DNA of 36,342 bases, taken from NCBI GenBank assembly GCA_003509895.1, contig DOMJ01000004.1:1-36342 (forward strand), given 5' to 3'. The translations under genes were made by a program, and so were the position numbers. Source of the DNA: Candidatus Uhrbacteria bacterium (GTDB taxonomy: Bacteria > Patescibacteriota > Patescibacteriia > UBA9934 > UBA11717). The notes under the pieces are model-generated. The model was not told the origin of the DNA and made no database searches. It saw only the letters and a list, made by a program, of their open reading frames with translations. Below are positions 1 through 8,235 of the stretch, piece by piece. Numbering within the stretch: position 1 is the first letter of the stretch; every line of letters starts with the position of its first letter.

Positions 1-1487
1 ACAAAAACAATCACATCTTCTATGCGGTCCTGTGGAATAGCTCCAAAAATATTTATAATTGCATCGCCGTGCGGATCAACATAACAAACACCTTGCCCGG
101 CAACAATGTCTGCCACCGCCATTGCAACAATTTCGGTGGTATTTCCGGAACCGGATTTACCAATAAAGTACATATGACGCTGTCTGTCTGATCCGGAAAT
201 GCGAATCGGCGTTTTGGCACCTCTGTAATTGTTATGGCCAAGCAAAATACCTTCTTTTGGCATATCTGCCGGTGCCGGTGCCGTGCGAGCACCCAACCAA
301 TCAATATTCGAAACAGGCGTCCCGGACAATGGCGGGTGCCAAAGGCTCGCAATTTCTTCTGTGTTTAATACAAGCCCCTCTGATTCCACATAATTACGGT
401 AAATAAAATCCTGCACGAGTCGAGAAACATTTCTTGGAACACGTATTTCAAAACTATTGCCGAATTGGTAAACATTGTATTGAGAAAAGCTGTTGAGAAT
501 GTTATTCAGCGACGCCTGTGCCGAAACAACGTTTTCCGCACTCACCAGAACGCGAATATTGATATCTAATCCCGCACGAGCGGCTTTGTCCTCAATCCCT
601 TTTAACATCTCACGTTCTCGCTCGCTCACCTGACGCTGCGGCTTTTGTGCACTCGCATTGTCTTGCTCACTTTTACCGGAAATGAGACCGCTAACGCCCA
701 TACCGGACCCACCTCTCTTAGCACTCTTCCCTTTTAAGGCCTGTTCGAGCGTTGAACCCTCCTGCATGAATTGCACAACCTTTAACCCTTTTTGACGCCA
801 AGTCCCTTTTGCCGACCGTGCAACAAACTGAATAGCAGCACCGTCTGTCTCCGGCACTTTTGCAAGCGCGTTGAGCAGCGCATACAATGGATCGGATTCA
901 AGCTGCTTGTAGGTTTTAATAGGAAAAAGATTTTCTCGTTTAAACGTCACATAGCTTCCCAAGACAACACCCGTTGGCGTAAACATATTGTAATCCTCCG
1001 ATTCATCCACCTGCGCATCCGGGAATTGCGCGTGGATTTGTTGCACCATAAGCTCTCTCATCCCGATCGGCGTGGCAACATAAAAATAAATCACTCCCCC
1101 CTTTACAACCATTTCAAAGGCAACGTGATCTGCTCTACCGTGTATCCACGCCTTGAATCCCTTTTGTGGTGTCAACCCACCGAGAGCGGAAAAGAACGTC
1201 TCCGCAACCGCAATATCTTCCTGTACCTGACGTAATTCCAGGGCCTCCTCTCGTTCGCTGGACACAAACCGAGGAATACGAATACGCAAAACACGCATAT
1301 GGAGATTCCCTCCCGCTTTACGATGAGATCGAAGATGAAACGACCGGAACACAAACAGTGCCGCCACTGTCACCGCTACCACAACCGCTCCAATCAACAC
1401 GGGAATTAAAAATTCCGTCACAGATGATGTTGTGGCGAGATTCGACACGTTTGATCCGGTCTGAATGTTGAATTGAAAGACAAACAT
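1..1487 (-). CDS. Membrane-anchored P-loop NTPase of the TraD/VirD4/HerA-like (type IV secretion/conjugation) kind; the C-terminus lies beyond the window start
   Basis: Absent from the ORF track because no stop falls inside the window. My translation of the minus strand from the ATG at 1487-1485 gives MFVFQFNIQTGSNV, then a TM segment LIPVLIGAVVVAVTVAALFVF, then ...GHNNYRGAKTPIRISGSDRQRHMYFIGKSGSGNTTEIVAMAVADIVAGQGVCYVDPHGDAI... It stays open to position 1. The P-loop-like GKSGSGNTT followed by YVDPHGD resembles coupling-protein/HerA-type ATPases; the family assignment is from memory. Confidence 0.5.
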   Translation of the reverse strand, partial: MFVFQFNIQTGSNVSNLATTSSVTEFLIPVLIGAVVVAVTVAALFVFRSFHLRSHRKAGGNLHMRVLRIRIPRFVSSEREEALELRQVQEDIAVAETFFSALGGLTPQKGFKAWIHGRADHVAFEMVVKGGVIYFYVATPIGMRELMVQQIHAQFPDAQVDESEDYNMFTPTGVVLGSYVTFKRENLFPIKTYKQLESDPLYALLNALAKVPETDGAAIQFVARSAKGTWRQKGLKVVQFMQEGSTLEQALKGKSAKRGGSGMGVSGLISGKSEQDNASAQKPQRQVSEREREMLKGIEDKAARAGLDINIRVLVSAENVVSAQASLNNILNSFSQYNVYQFGNSFEIRVPRNVSRLVQDFIYRNYVESEGLVLNTEEIASLWHPPLSGTPVSNIDWLGARTAPAPADMPKEGILLGHNNYRGAKTPIRISGSDRQRHMYFIGKSGSGNTTEIVAMAVADIVAGQGVCYVDPHGDAIINIFGAIPQDRIEDVIVF

Positions 1488-1978
1488 CAGGTACGCGGTA
1501 AAAAATGATCTGGCTCCGCAAGCGCAAGAATGTGATCTGTCTTAATTTTTGATTCTTGCTCCAGATAGTGCTTATTGAGCTTTGGCACCATCCTGAGCCA
1601 ATCGCGAATGAGCCGCAGCACTCGCGACGCAACAAGTTTCGCCTCTTGTTTCCAAAGCAAAATCGTTTGCGCTACCTCTTCCCCCTTGGCTCTAAACGCC
1701 GGTTTTACTTGCTGCGGAAGGTTTCCATAGATTTCGTTCAACCCCTCCGACAAAATAGATTCCACTTCCACCAATTGTGGATCCTTCTTCATCGCCGGCG
1801 TGGCAACGGGTACTATAACAACGGGTGTCGCAGGTTGAACGGCCTGCGAAGAAATTTTTTCAGACACTTCTTGCGTGACCTCTACACCCCTGCGTTCCGT
1901 TGTAAGCTCCGGAGACACGAACTGCTCTTGCACTAAAACAGGGAGCCTTTCTACTGGTTTTTTTACATCGCCTTCCAT
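1487..1978 (-). CDS. Hypothetical protein (163 aa), translationally coupled to the downstream ATPase gene
   Basis: ORF track. Its TGA stop overlaps the ATG of the next gene (TGATG at 1489-1485). No recognisable motif. Confidence 0.6.
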   Translation of the reverse strand: MEGDVKKPVERLPVLVQEQFVSPELTTERRGVEVTQEVSEKISSQAVQPATPVVIVPVATPAMKKDPQLVEVESILSEGLNEIYGNLPQQVKPAFRAKGEEVAQTILLWKQEAKLVASRVLRLIRDWLRMVPKLNKHYLEQESKIKTDHILALAEPDHFLPRT

Positions 1979-2094
1979 AGTTTTTCCATTATACCACGCT
2001 ACACATCTTCACAAGCGTTCTTGTTCTTGTCTATCCCCAGTCTACGCAGCACGGCGCACCTGTAAACGGGCGTTCCGTGTTATACTTTTGTTAC

Positions 2095-3003
2095 ATGACG
2101 AGGAGGTCGACAGCACAGCGTCTTAAACGCGGCACAACGGAATGGATAAACGTTGAGCAAGCGCGCACCGTAGACGTACAATCTCTTGTTCACCCATTTC
2201 ACTTGACAGACGAGGACGTTCGTCTTGTTTTGGATACAAGCCCTCGCTCCCGTTTATTTTTGCGTCAGGGGTACCTTATGGTGTTCCTTGTTCATCCCGT
2301 CTACAATGCCGTCCACGATGATGTCTTTATGCGAGAATTGGATGTCCTGCTCACGCCGCATCTGATTGGTACGGTTCATCACGGCTCATTTGATCATGTT
2401 TCCAATCTGTTTCAAGAGTTTAGGACAAAAAAAACATCTCCGCTTGGAGACCCGGCACTCATTTTTGCCGATATTTTATCTCTTCTCATTGGAGACGTGT
2501 ATAACATCCTGGAAGTGCTCGCCAAAAAAATTGACGAGATTGAAGATCGCGTGTTCCGTGATCGACGTGATCTCTTACAAGAAATCTTAAACATCCAAAC
2601 CAACCTCATTGACCTGCAAAAGTCGCTTGAGTCTCGAACAACGTTTATCGACCGACTCCTTGCCGCACTTCCAAAACGAGGCAGCCCACTGCGCATCACC
2701 GCTTTTGCGGAATTACACCGGCAAACAGCAGAATTGCAGGATAGTCTCACTACGGAATACCAAACCATCGTTACCCTACACCGTGCGCATGAAACGTACC
2801 TGAATTCGCGCACCAATCGGTTAATTTATATTTTGACGTCCGTGACGATCATCGCGATGCCCGCCACTCTTTTGGCCGGGATCTTTGGGATGAATACCAA
2901 GCATCCGTGGATTCTAGGCGCTGAAATGGATTTTTCTATTATCATCGGCATCATGGTTTTGAGCGGAATGTTCCTGTGGCTTTCCCTGCGCCGTAAAAAA
3001 TAA
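2095..3003 (+). CDS. corA: CorA-family Mg2+/Co2+ transporter
   Basis: C-terminal FGMN (GMN signature) lies between two hydrophobic helices (LTSVTIIAMPATLLAGIFGMN ... IIIGIMVLSGMFLWLSL). The track ORF starts at GTG 2077; I prefer ATG 2095 (MTRRSTAQR), just after a TGTTATACT extended -10. Confidence 0.85.
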   Translation: MTRRSTAQRLKRGTTEWINVEQARTVDVQSLVHPFHLTDEDVRLVLDTSPRSRLFLRQGYLMVFLVHPVYNAVHDDVFMRELDVLLTPHLIGTVHHGSFDHVSNLFQEFRTKKTSPLGDPALIFADILSLLIGDVYNILEVLAKKIDEIEDRVFRDRRDLLQEILNIQTNLIDLQKSLESRTTFIDRLLAALPKRGSPLRITAFAELHRQTAELQDSLTTEYQTIVTLHRAHETYLNSRTNRLIYILTSVTIIAMPATLLAGIFGMNTKHPWILGAEMDFSIIIGIMVLSGMFLWLSLRRKK

Positions 3004-3008
3004 GTTCT

Positions 3009-3036
3009 AAAAACGAGCCAAACGGCTCGTTTTCTT
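3009..3036. terminator. Bidirectional intrinsic terminator between convergent corA and cysS
   Basis: AAAACGAGCC-AAAC-GGCTCGTTTT hairpin flanked by an A-run and a T-run. Confidence 0.7.
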
Positions 3037-4413
3037 TTAGAGCTCGCTCAATTTTTGGCCGTCCGCTGTATCGTCCACATGGTAACCAAGCTCTGCAATT
3101 TGCGCTCGCAATGTATCTCCTTCCTCCCAGTCCATTGCCAGACGAGCTCTCGCACGCGCATCTACAAGCTTTTGTACCTCATCAGACACCACAAGTGGAC
3201 GGGCAATATAGTCAAGCAATCCGAGTCCCAAAACCGCATCCCATTTTTTAAGCGTCTGTGCTTTGGAGGAACCTGCCAGTGTAGAATCATTTACAAGCTC
3301 CCAAACCAACGCAATCGCTCGCGGCGTGTCTAAATCATTATTTACTGCCTCCAAAAATCTCACCTCATACTCTGCAGATCCCACAGACGGCATCTCCCAC
3401 TCTCGTACAATGCATCGCAGGCGCTTTAACGCACTCTGGGCCGCCGCAAGCGAATCCCAGGTAAAGTTCAGCTGCTGTCTGTAGTGGGCGGTAAGGATCA
3501 GGTAGCGGAAGACGACCGGATCAAACCCATGCTCTCTTAACTGCTCTGCCGTATAAACGTTTCCAAGAGACTTGCTCATCTTGCCTCCATCCACGAGCAG
3601 AAACTCATTATGCATCCACACGCGCGCCTCACTTGTCCCCTTGGAGCCCTGTGCCTGGGCCATCTCGTTTGGATGATGAATCATCTTGTGATCTACGCCG
3701 CCGGTGTGAATGTCGAACAAGTCCCCGAGTTCCTTCATGGACATCGCCGTACACTCAATATGCCATCCGGGAAATCCAACGCCCCAAGGTGAGTCCCACT
3801 CCATCTGCCGATGCTCCTCCTGAGAAGAAAACTTCCATAGCGCAAAATCCGCTGAATGCTTTTTCTCCCTGTTTTCCTCTATGCGTGCCTCCTTCTTATC
3901 CGGCTCTATGGATCCACGCAGCACACCGTAATTAAAAATGGTTGATGTATCAAAGTACACACCGTCGGAGATGGTATAGGTATGCCCCTTTTTTTCTAAT
4001 ATTTGAATAAGATCCACCTGCTCTTGAATGTGATCTGTTGCCTTTGGTAAAACATCCGGCCGGACAATATGGAATCTATCCATATCCAAATAGAACTCGT
4101 CCGTATGTGTCTGGGCGATCTCCCACGCCGTCATACCCTGCTCGCGCGACCCCTTTTCCATTTTATCTTCACCTTGATCCGCATCGTCCGTAAGGTGTCC
4201 AACGTCCGTAATGTTCATAACCCACTTGACCTCTAACCCATTAAACCGAAGTGTGCGTACAAGAAGGTCGGCAAAAAGAAACGCGCGAAAATTACCAATA
4301 GACGCCGTATTGTAAACCGTTGGACCACAGGTATATACACCCACGAGATCCCGATTGAGCGGTACAAAGAGGTCTTTCTTTTTTGAAAGTGAATTATAGA
4401 GCAGGATATCCAT
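3037..4413 (-). CDS. cysS: Cysteine--tRNA ligase
   Basis: 458 aa. Has YTCGPTVYN..IGNFR (HIGH region), NITDVGHLTDDADQGEDKM, WHIECTAM, HHPNE and KMSKSLGN, and is collinear with the CysRS layout as I remember it. Confidence 0.9.
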   Translation of the reverse strand: MDILLYNSLSKKKDLFVPLNRDLVGVYTCGPTVYNTASIGNFRAFLFADLLVRTLRFNGLEVKWVMNITDVGHLTDDADQGEDKMEKGSREQGMTAWEIAQTHTDEFYLDMDRFHIVRPDVLPKATDHIQEQVDLIQILEKKGHTYTISDGVYFDTSTIFNYGVLRGSIEPDKKEARIEENREKKHSADFALWKFSSQEEHRQMEWDSPWGVGFPGWHIECTAMSMKELGDLFDIHTGGVDHKMIHHPNEMAQAQGSKGTSEARVWMHNEFLLVDGGKMSKSLGNVYTAEQLREHGFDPVVFRYLILTAHYRQQLNFTWDSLAAAQSALKRLRCIVREWEMPSVGSAEYEVRFLEAVNNDLDTPRAIALVWELVNDSTLAGSSKAQTLKKWDAVLGLGLLDYIARPLVVSDEVQKLVDARARARLAMDWEEGDTLRAQIAELGYHVDDTADGQKLSEL

Positions 4414-4457
4414 AGTCAGAATAGTTTACCAGATTCACCCCAAACGCAAAACCGCCT

Positions 4458-4494
4458 AAAAAAGAACAGCCCCACCGAGACGTTCGGTGGGGCC
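4458..4494 (-). terminator. Intrinsic terminator ending RNA unit 2, 44 nt upstream of the cysS ATG
   Basis: On the minus strand: GCCCCACCGA-ACGTC-TCGGTGGGGC (10-bp stem) followed by TGTTCTTTTTT. Confidence 0.75.
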
Positions 4495-4726
4495 GGGAGG
4501 TGTGGCGCCACCGACAACCGGTGGAGCTGTTCACACGACAGCGAGGGATCTGGGGGGCGGGATCGTCCCTCTGTGCCATCGTGGCCCGTGTTTCCGTTTC
4601 GGGGTGGGAGGTCCCTGCAACGGCCGGGAGTCGAAGAATCGACTCTACCGTGGCCACGGGCGGCCACACGCCGACACGCAGACAAGAGGCATTGGCCGTG
4701 CCGCTGTCCGTCGGTGTCGTGTAAAG
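4458..4726 (-). ncRNA. GC-rich structured RNA unit 2 (about 270 nt). Candidate cis-regulatory leader/attenuator of cysS, or a stand-alone sRNA of unknown class
   Basis: It has its own promoter (4729-4757) and terminator. The 5' ACACGACA (4715-4722) pairs with TGTCGTGT (4533-4540), closing a multi-hairpin core; examples are GTGGCC/GGCCAC and GAGTCGA-TTCT-TCGACTC. No SD-preceded ORF is present. Confidence 0.5.
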
Positions 4727-4728
4727 CG

Positions 4729-4757
4729 AAAGTATCACAGACAAAAAAAGAGGTCAA
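4729..4757 (-). promoter_or_regulatory. Sigma70-type promoter of RNA unit 2
   Basis: Minus strand TTGACC-N17-TACTTT, embedded in TGTGATACT (an extended -10-like TG). Confidence 0.55.
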
Positions 4758-4761
4758 GCCC

Positions 4762-4935
4762 TAAAACAGCAACCCCACCGGAGTCTACGGTGGGAGAGGA
4801 GACCCACCGAACAACGATGGGGTTACTGGCATGTCCGTCCTGAAGCCCGGGGACATTACTACGCGCGGGCTCACGCCTATGTGCGGCGTGGACGTTGGCA
4901 CGGGGTATACCTCTAGGAGATAGACCGTGCGCACC
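4762..4935 (-). ncRNA. GC-rich structured RNA unit 1 (about 170 nt), unknown class
   Basis: Bounded by promoter 4941-4969 and the hairpin CCCACCG-TAGACTC-CGGTGGG followed by GTTGCTGTTTT (4762-4795). Internal hairpins include GCACGG/CCGTGC, CACGCC/GGCGTG and ATGTCC/GGACAT. Confidence 0.45.
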
Positions 4936-4940
4936 AAAAG

Positions 4941-4969
4941 AAACTATCACAAACAAAAATAGAGGTCAA
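4941..4969 (-). promoter_or_regulatory. Sigma70-type promoter of RNA unit 1
   Basis: Minus strand TTGACC-N17-TAGTTT (TGTGATAGT). About 40 nt are near-identical to the unit 2 promoter region. The -35 overlaps the terminator hairpin (ATAGAGG...CCTCTAT) of the upstream gene. Confidence 0.55.
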
Positions 4970-5003
4970 GCCCCTTGCCTCTATTTAAAGAAATAGAACC
5001 ATT

Positions 5004-5528
5004 CTAATCCCGTGTTGCTCCGATCAATAAAATTGGAGCTATGACCCAGGCGACCAATCCAAGAGGACTCGTAAACAGTGTTTGTGTCCCTACAGAAAAA
5101 CCATTTATGACTTCTGGCGTTAACTGAGGAAATAAGACCGCCGTTAATAGACCACACGTTGCCATAGATATAAGTACGGACCCGGCCATGGATCCACGCC
5201 CCTCATCCAATGCATCTCCAAGGCCATACCAGACCAACACAAAAAAGATCCCTATGAATCCCGCCAATACACCTACACTCCCCGGAATACTGGTTGGAAT
5301 ATGAAGAGTAGACTTAATCCAATCCGTTGCCGAACTCACTCGCACCAAAACCACGACACCATAACAGGCAATAACAAACGCAATAACACGTCCTCTCCCC
5401 CACAGTGCTACCATAAATCCAGCACCAATCAATAAGGTCGCCAATAACACATCCCAAGATGGATGCTCACCAAACACGGACGTTGCCCATGTAAGTACCG
5501 TTGTTGGAAACTGGGAAAGCAAATCCAT
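5004..5528 (-). CDS. Polytopic integral membrane protein (174 aa), function unknown
   Basis: ORF track. Four to five hydrophobic helices, for example LLATLLIGAGFMVALW and VGVLAGFIGIFFVLVWYGL. Confidence 0.7.
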   Translation of the reverse strand: MDLLSQFPTTVLTWATSVFGEHPSWDVLLATLLIGAGFMVALWGRGRVIAFVIACYGVVVLVRVSSATDWIKSTLHIPTSIPGSVGVLAGFIGIFFVLVWYGLGDALDEGRGSMAGSVLISMATCGLLTAVLFPQLTPEVINGFSVGTQTLFTSPLGLVAWVIAPILLIGATRD

Positions 5529-5570
5529 GAACCAATTCTATCAGACATTACGTGGATCTACGACGTGGAT

Positions 5571-5601
5571 AAAAATATCGCGTCGCTATAAAAAGCGACG
5601 C
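5571..5601 (-). terminator. Intrinsic terminator after the Hsp70-like gene
   Basis: Minus strand GCGTCGCT-TTTTAT-AGCGACGC followed by GATATTTTT. Confidence 0.6.
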
Positions 5602-5615
5602 TGATGCGTAGTTGC

Positions 5616-6860
5616 TTATCCGAGGACCAGACCTTCGACAACGCTCGTGAAGGCGTTTGCCTCGCGGAGGCGCTCTTGTCCGAACATCTCCTCGAAGACC
5701 CCTCGCACAAACGGAAGCTGTGAAGTGCCTCCGGTCAGAAAGACCTCGTCAATATCGTTGACACCCAGTCCGGCTCGATCCAAAGTCTGCTGAATGGTGT
5801 TCTGGTACTCGATCATCATGCGCTGGCTTGCCATTGCATAATCAACCAAGGTCACTCGCCGTCGAATGTCCAGATCACGAACGAAGAACTCTCTGAACTC
5901 GAAGGTCGTCTCGTCGGTAGCGGAAAGTGCTCGCTTACACGCCTCGATGGCCCATGCCATGGGATAGCCCAGATCCTCGAAGATGAGCTTACGAAGTCTC
6001 TGGACTTTGTACTTTTCATCCATGCGTGCCTCGGAACGGCCCAGAAACTCTGCAAGAGAGTGACTTCTGAGTCGATGAACGTCATAGAGCCTCAGGATAC
6101 TATGTAGAACCGACGGGTTCCACACATCTTCTCCCTTCTGGTCTAGCCGACGAATCATTGATCCACGACCGAACTCGTCCAGTAGAAACGCCTCCATGAA
6201 TCGCGCATCGAGGGCATCACCCGCCTTTGCGACTCCAGAGACAGCCAATACATCCTGCGAACGGTCGTACCCGCCTACGTAGGACGGACCAACTCGTAGG
6301 ATCGCGAAGTCGGCTGTACCACCCCCAAAGTCCCCGACCAGGATCATTCTGTTCTGCTCCAGACCGAGTTCGTACCGCATTGCAGCTGCTACCGGCTCTA
6401 ACCGAAAATCGTAGCTCGTGAGGCCGGCCATGTTCGCAGCTTTTTGAAGGCGAGCGAAGGCACTCTCCTCTTTACGGTTATCGGCATGAAAGCGCACAGG
6501 TCGACCGATGGTGACATGGTCGACCATGCGACCTGTCACCGCCTCAGTACTCTCAACGAGAAAGCGCATGTACATCGCCACTAGCTCGGTGAACTCGTAC
6601 TTCTGGCCGCCAACGGTAGTCCGGGGCACATCATGTGGGAGGAATGACTTCAGCGAGCGGAGGAATCGCCCTTCGAAGCCGTCTTCCATATACGTCCTAA
6701 GGGCTGCATTACCGTACGAGATCACCCCTCTGTCAACCGAGTGAATGACTGTACGTTGAGTGTCTTCCCCTTCTACCAACTGCACAATTTGCGGAAGCCC
6801 ATCGGCCTCCACAATCGCTACAGCCGAGTTCGTGGTACCAAAGTCAATTCCAATTCGCAT
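5616..6860 (-). CDS. Hsp70-family ATPase with the nucleotide-binding domain only (YegD-like; no substrate-binding domain)
   Basis: IGIDFGTTNSAVA, LVGDFGGGTADFAIL and VFLTGGTSQLPFV match the three Hsp70/actin-fold signatures. At 414 aa it is too short to hold a peptide-binding domain. AGGAGG SD is present. Confidence 0.8.
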   Translation of the reverse strand: MRIGIDFGTTNSAVAIVEADGLPQIVQLVEGEDTQRTVIHSVDRGVISYGNAALRTYMEDGFEGRFLRSLKSFLPHDVPRTTVGGQKYEFTELVAMYMRFLVESTEAVTGRMVDHVTIGRPVRFHADNRKEESAFARLQKAANMAGLTSYDFRLEPVAAAMRYELGLEQNRMILVGDFGGGTADFAILRVGPSYVGGYDRSQDVLAVSGVAKAGDALDARFMEAFLLDEFGRGSMIRRLDQKGEDVWNPSVLHSILRLYDVHRLRSHSLAEFLGRSEARMDEKYKVQRLRKLIFEDLGYPMAWAIEACKRALSATDETTFEFREFFVRDLDIRRRVTLVDYAMASQRMMIEYQNTIQQTLDRAGLGVNDIDEVFLTGGTSQLPFVRGVFEEMFGQERLREANAFTSVVEGLVLG

Positions 6861-6888
6861 TTTTTTCTTGCCTCCTGATCAGAATATA

Positions 6889-8235
6889 CTACGATATCTG
6901 CTTTTTTTCAAGGGATTGGCTATACTTAGCAAACATCTTCTTTAATACCGTTTGGGTCCCATATTTTGTCAATATTAACTTACGACATTGAGTACCTACG
7001 CGAACTGACATATCTGGGTCGGCATCAAAATCTGCGATACTTTGCGCAAAGCGACCTGGCAGCCTATAGATGGATGTACCTAGGTCGTAAGCAGAGAACT
7101 TTCCGCGACTATTGGTCAGCATTTCCTCTACCCCTCCGCGCTTGAATGCGACAATAGCTTTCCCTGATAGAGAGATCTCTGCAACCGATCCGGGAAAATT
7201 ATCGTTGAGAGATAAGATTGGAAAGATGTCGCCCGACGCAATAATCCGAGGAACATCGGTATGCCTCACGTAGCCAGTAAACCTTACTTTGTCTCTGTAT
7301 TTCCTCGGGATCATTTGAAGGAGCTCACTCGGCTTCAATTTTGTATTTGCCGTCAGACGACTGCCCTCCTCTCCATGATGACCGACAAAACAAACCCTAG
7401 CACGAGGCACTTGTGTGAACAACTTCGGCATAGCTCGGAACGCAAACTCGACACCCTTCCTCGACTCAACACTTCCCAGGATAACAATGTTCAGCGTCTC
7501 ATCGGTGAAGAAGCTCTCTTTCAACTTCCAATTAATGAAACGACGGCCCTGAGCAGTCGTGTAGCGCTCAGGATAATACTCGTACTCATCAATAGGGTTG
7601 GGGATCACAATAATTGACCGCAACTGGATGTCATGAACACCGAGTACGTCTCTAGCAACCATCCGCTTTACGTGTGCAGTGCAGGCTGAGATAATGTCAG
7701 CACCTCGAATTACTTCATATTCTTGCAGTAGTTGGTGGACGTTTTCCGGGGTCATCTCGAGATCATTTTGACGTACACAAGTGGCAAGCGGCGTGTGTAA
7801 CCTAGTGACTTTCAACACATCCTTTCGGTTCAACGTTTTGAACAATTTGGCACAATGGCCCTCCCATTCACCCGACTCAATCAGTGTTCTCCCCAATGAT
7901 GCCTTAAGAATGTCAAGAATCTTTTCTTCGATTCGAGACTGAAAGTTGATTGATTTAGAAATTCCTAGATCTGCATGTTTGATCGCTCGAAAAAATGGAT
8001 ATTTCTGAAGCGACAGATCTGGCGCGAGGTAATAGCGGTGCACCCCAAACTCGTCCAGTTCTTCAATATCTTTCTTCGTGGGCGACTTAGCCACCCAGTA
8101 AACATTCACTTCAGGGTAAAATCGCTTAATTGCACGTGTAAGAACCCCAATATAAGTCCCAATACCTCCCGAAACGATCTTTTTATCGTCCTCGCTACTG
8201 ACAAAGATAACCGTATCAAATCCTAATGTATTCAT
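6889..8235 (-). CDS. Glycosyltransferase, GT4 (group 1) family
   Basis: 448 aa. The C-terminal FPGSVAEISLSGKAIVAFKRGGVEEM resembles the GT1/GT4 E-x7-E sugar-donor motif region. Confidence 0.7.
   Translation of the reverse strand: MNTLGFDTVIFVSSEDDKKIVSGGIGTYIGVLTRAIKRFYPEVNVYWVAKSPTKKDIEELDEFGVHRYYLAPDLSLQKYPFFRAIKHADLGISKSINFQSRIEEKILDILKASLGRTLIESGEWEGHCAKLFKTLNRKDVLKVTRLHTPLATCVRQNDLEMTPENVHQLLQEYEVIRGADIISACTAHVKRMVARDVLGVHDIQLRSIIVIPNPIDEYEYYPERYTTAQGRRFINWKLKESFFTDETLNIVILGSVESRKGVEFAFRAMPKLFTQVPRARVCFVGHHGEEGSRLTANTKLKPSELLQMIPRKYRDKVRFTGYVRHTDVPRIIASGDIFPILSLNDNFPGSVAEISLSGKAIVAFKRGGVEEMLTNSRGKFSAYDLGTSIYRLPGRFAQSIADFDADPDMSVRVGTQCRKLILTKYGTQTVLKKMFAKYSQSLEKKQIS

Noticed and set aside
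792-1635. Track ORFs 792-1235 (+), 1166-1471 (+), 1172-1354 (-) and 1318-1635 (-).
   Set aside because: All lie inside, or antisense to, the long edge-truncated minus-strand ATPase frame that the track could not report.
4458-4726. T-box riboswitch for cysS.
   Set aside because: GGUGGCGCCAC partly resembles the T-box core GGGUGGNACCGCG, and a UGC codon exists in a stem. However, I see no Stem I K-turn, AGAGA or distal-loop motifs. The UGGC would pair with a G73 discriminator, not the U73 expected for tRNA-Cys. I left it as an unclassified attenuator.
4762-4935. Resemblance of AAUGUCCCCGGGCUUCAGGACGGACAUGCCAGUAACCCC to the RNase P RNA P4/J3-4 region, as I recall it from E. coli M1: GUCCGGGCUCCA...GCCAGGUAACGCC.
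   Set aside because: The unit is only about 170 nt between its own promoter and terminator. I cannot find the 3' P4 strand (ACAGAACCCGGCUUA-like) or other conserved regions. It is worth a cmscan but I do not call it. I also checked for SRP, 6S and tmRNA features (GGAA-tetraloop SRP core, end-to-end closing helix, T-arm plus tag ORF) and did not find them.
4394-4956. 113-118-aa ORFs on both strands across the GC-rich RNA units (4394-4744, 4416-4757, 4487-4843, 4735-4956).
   Set aside because: They start inside promoter hexamers or terminator stems, lack SD sequences and overlap the cysS start. Stop-poor frames are expected in GC-rich sequence.
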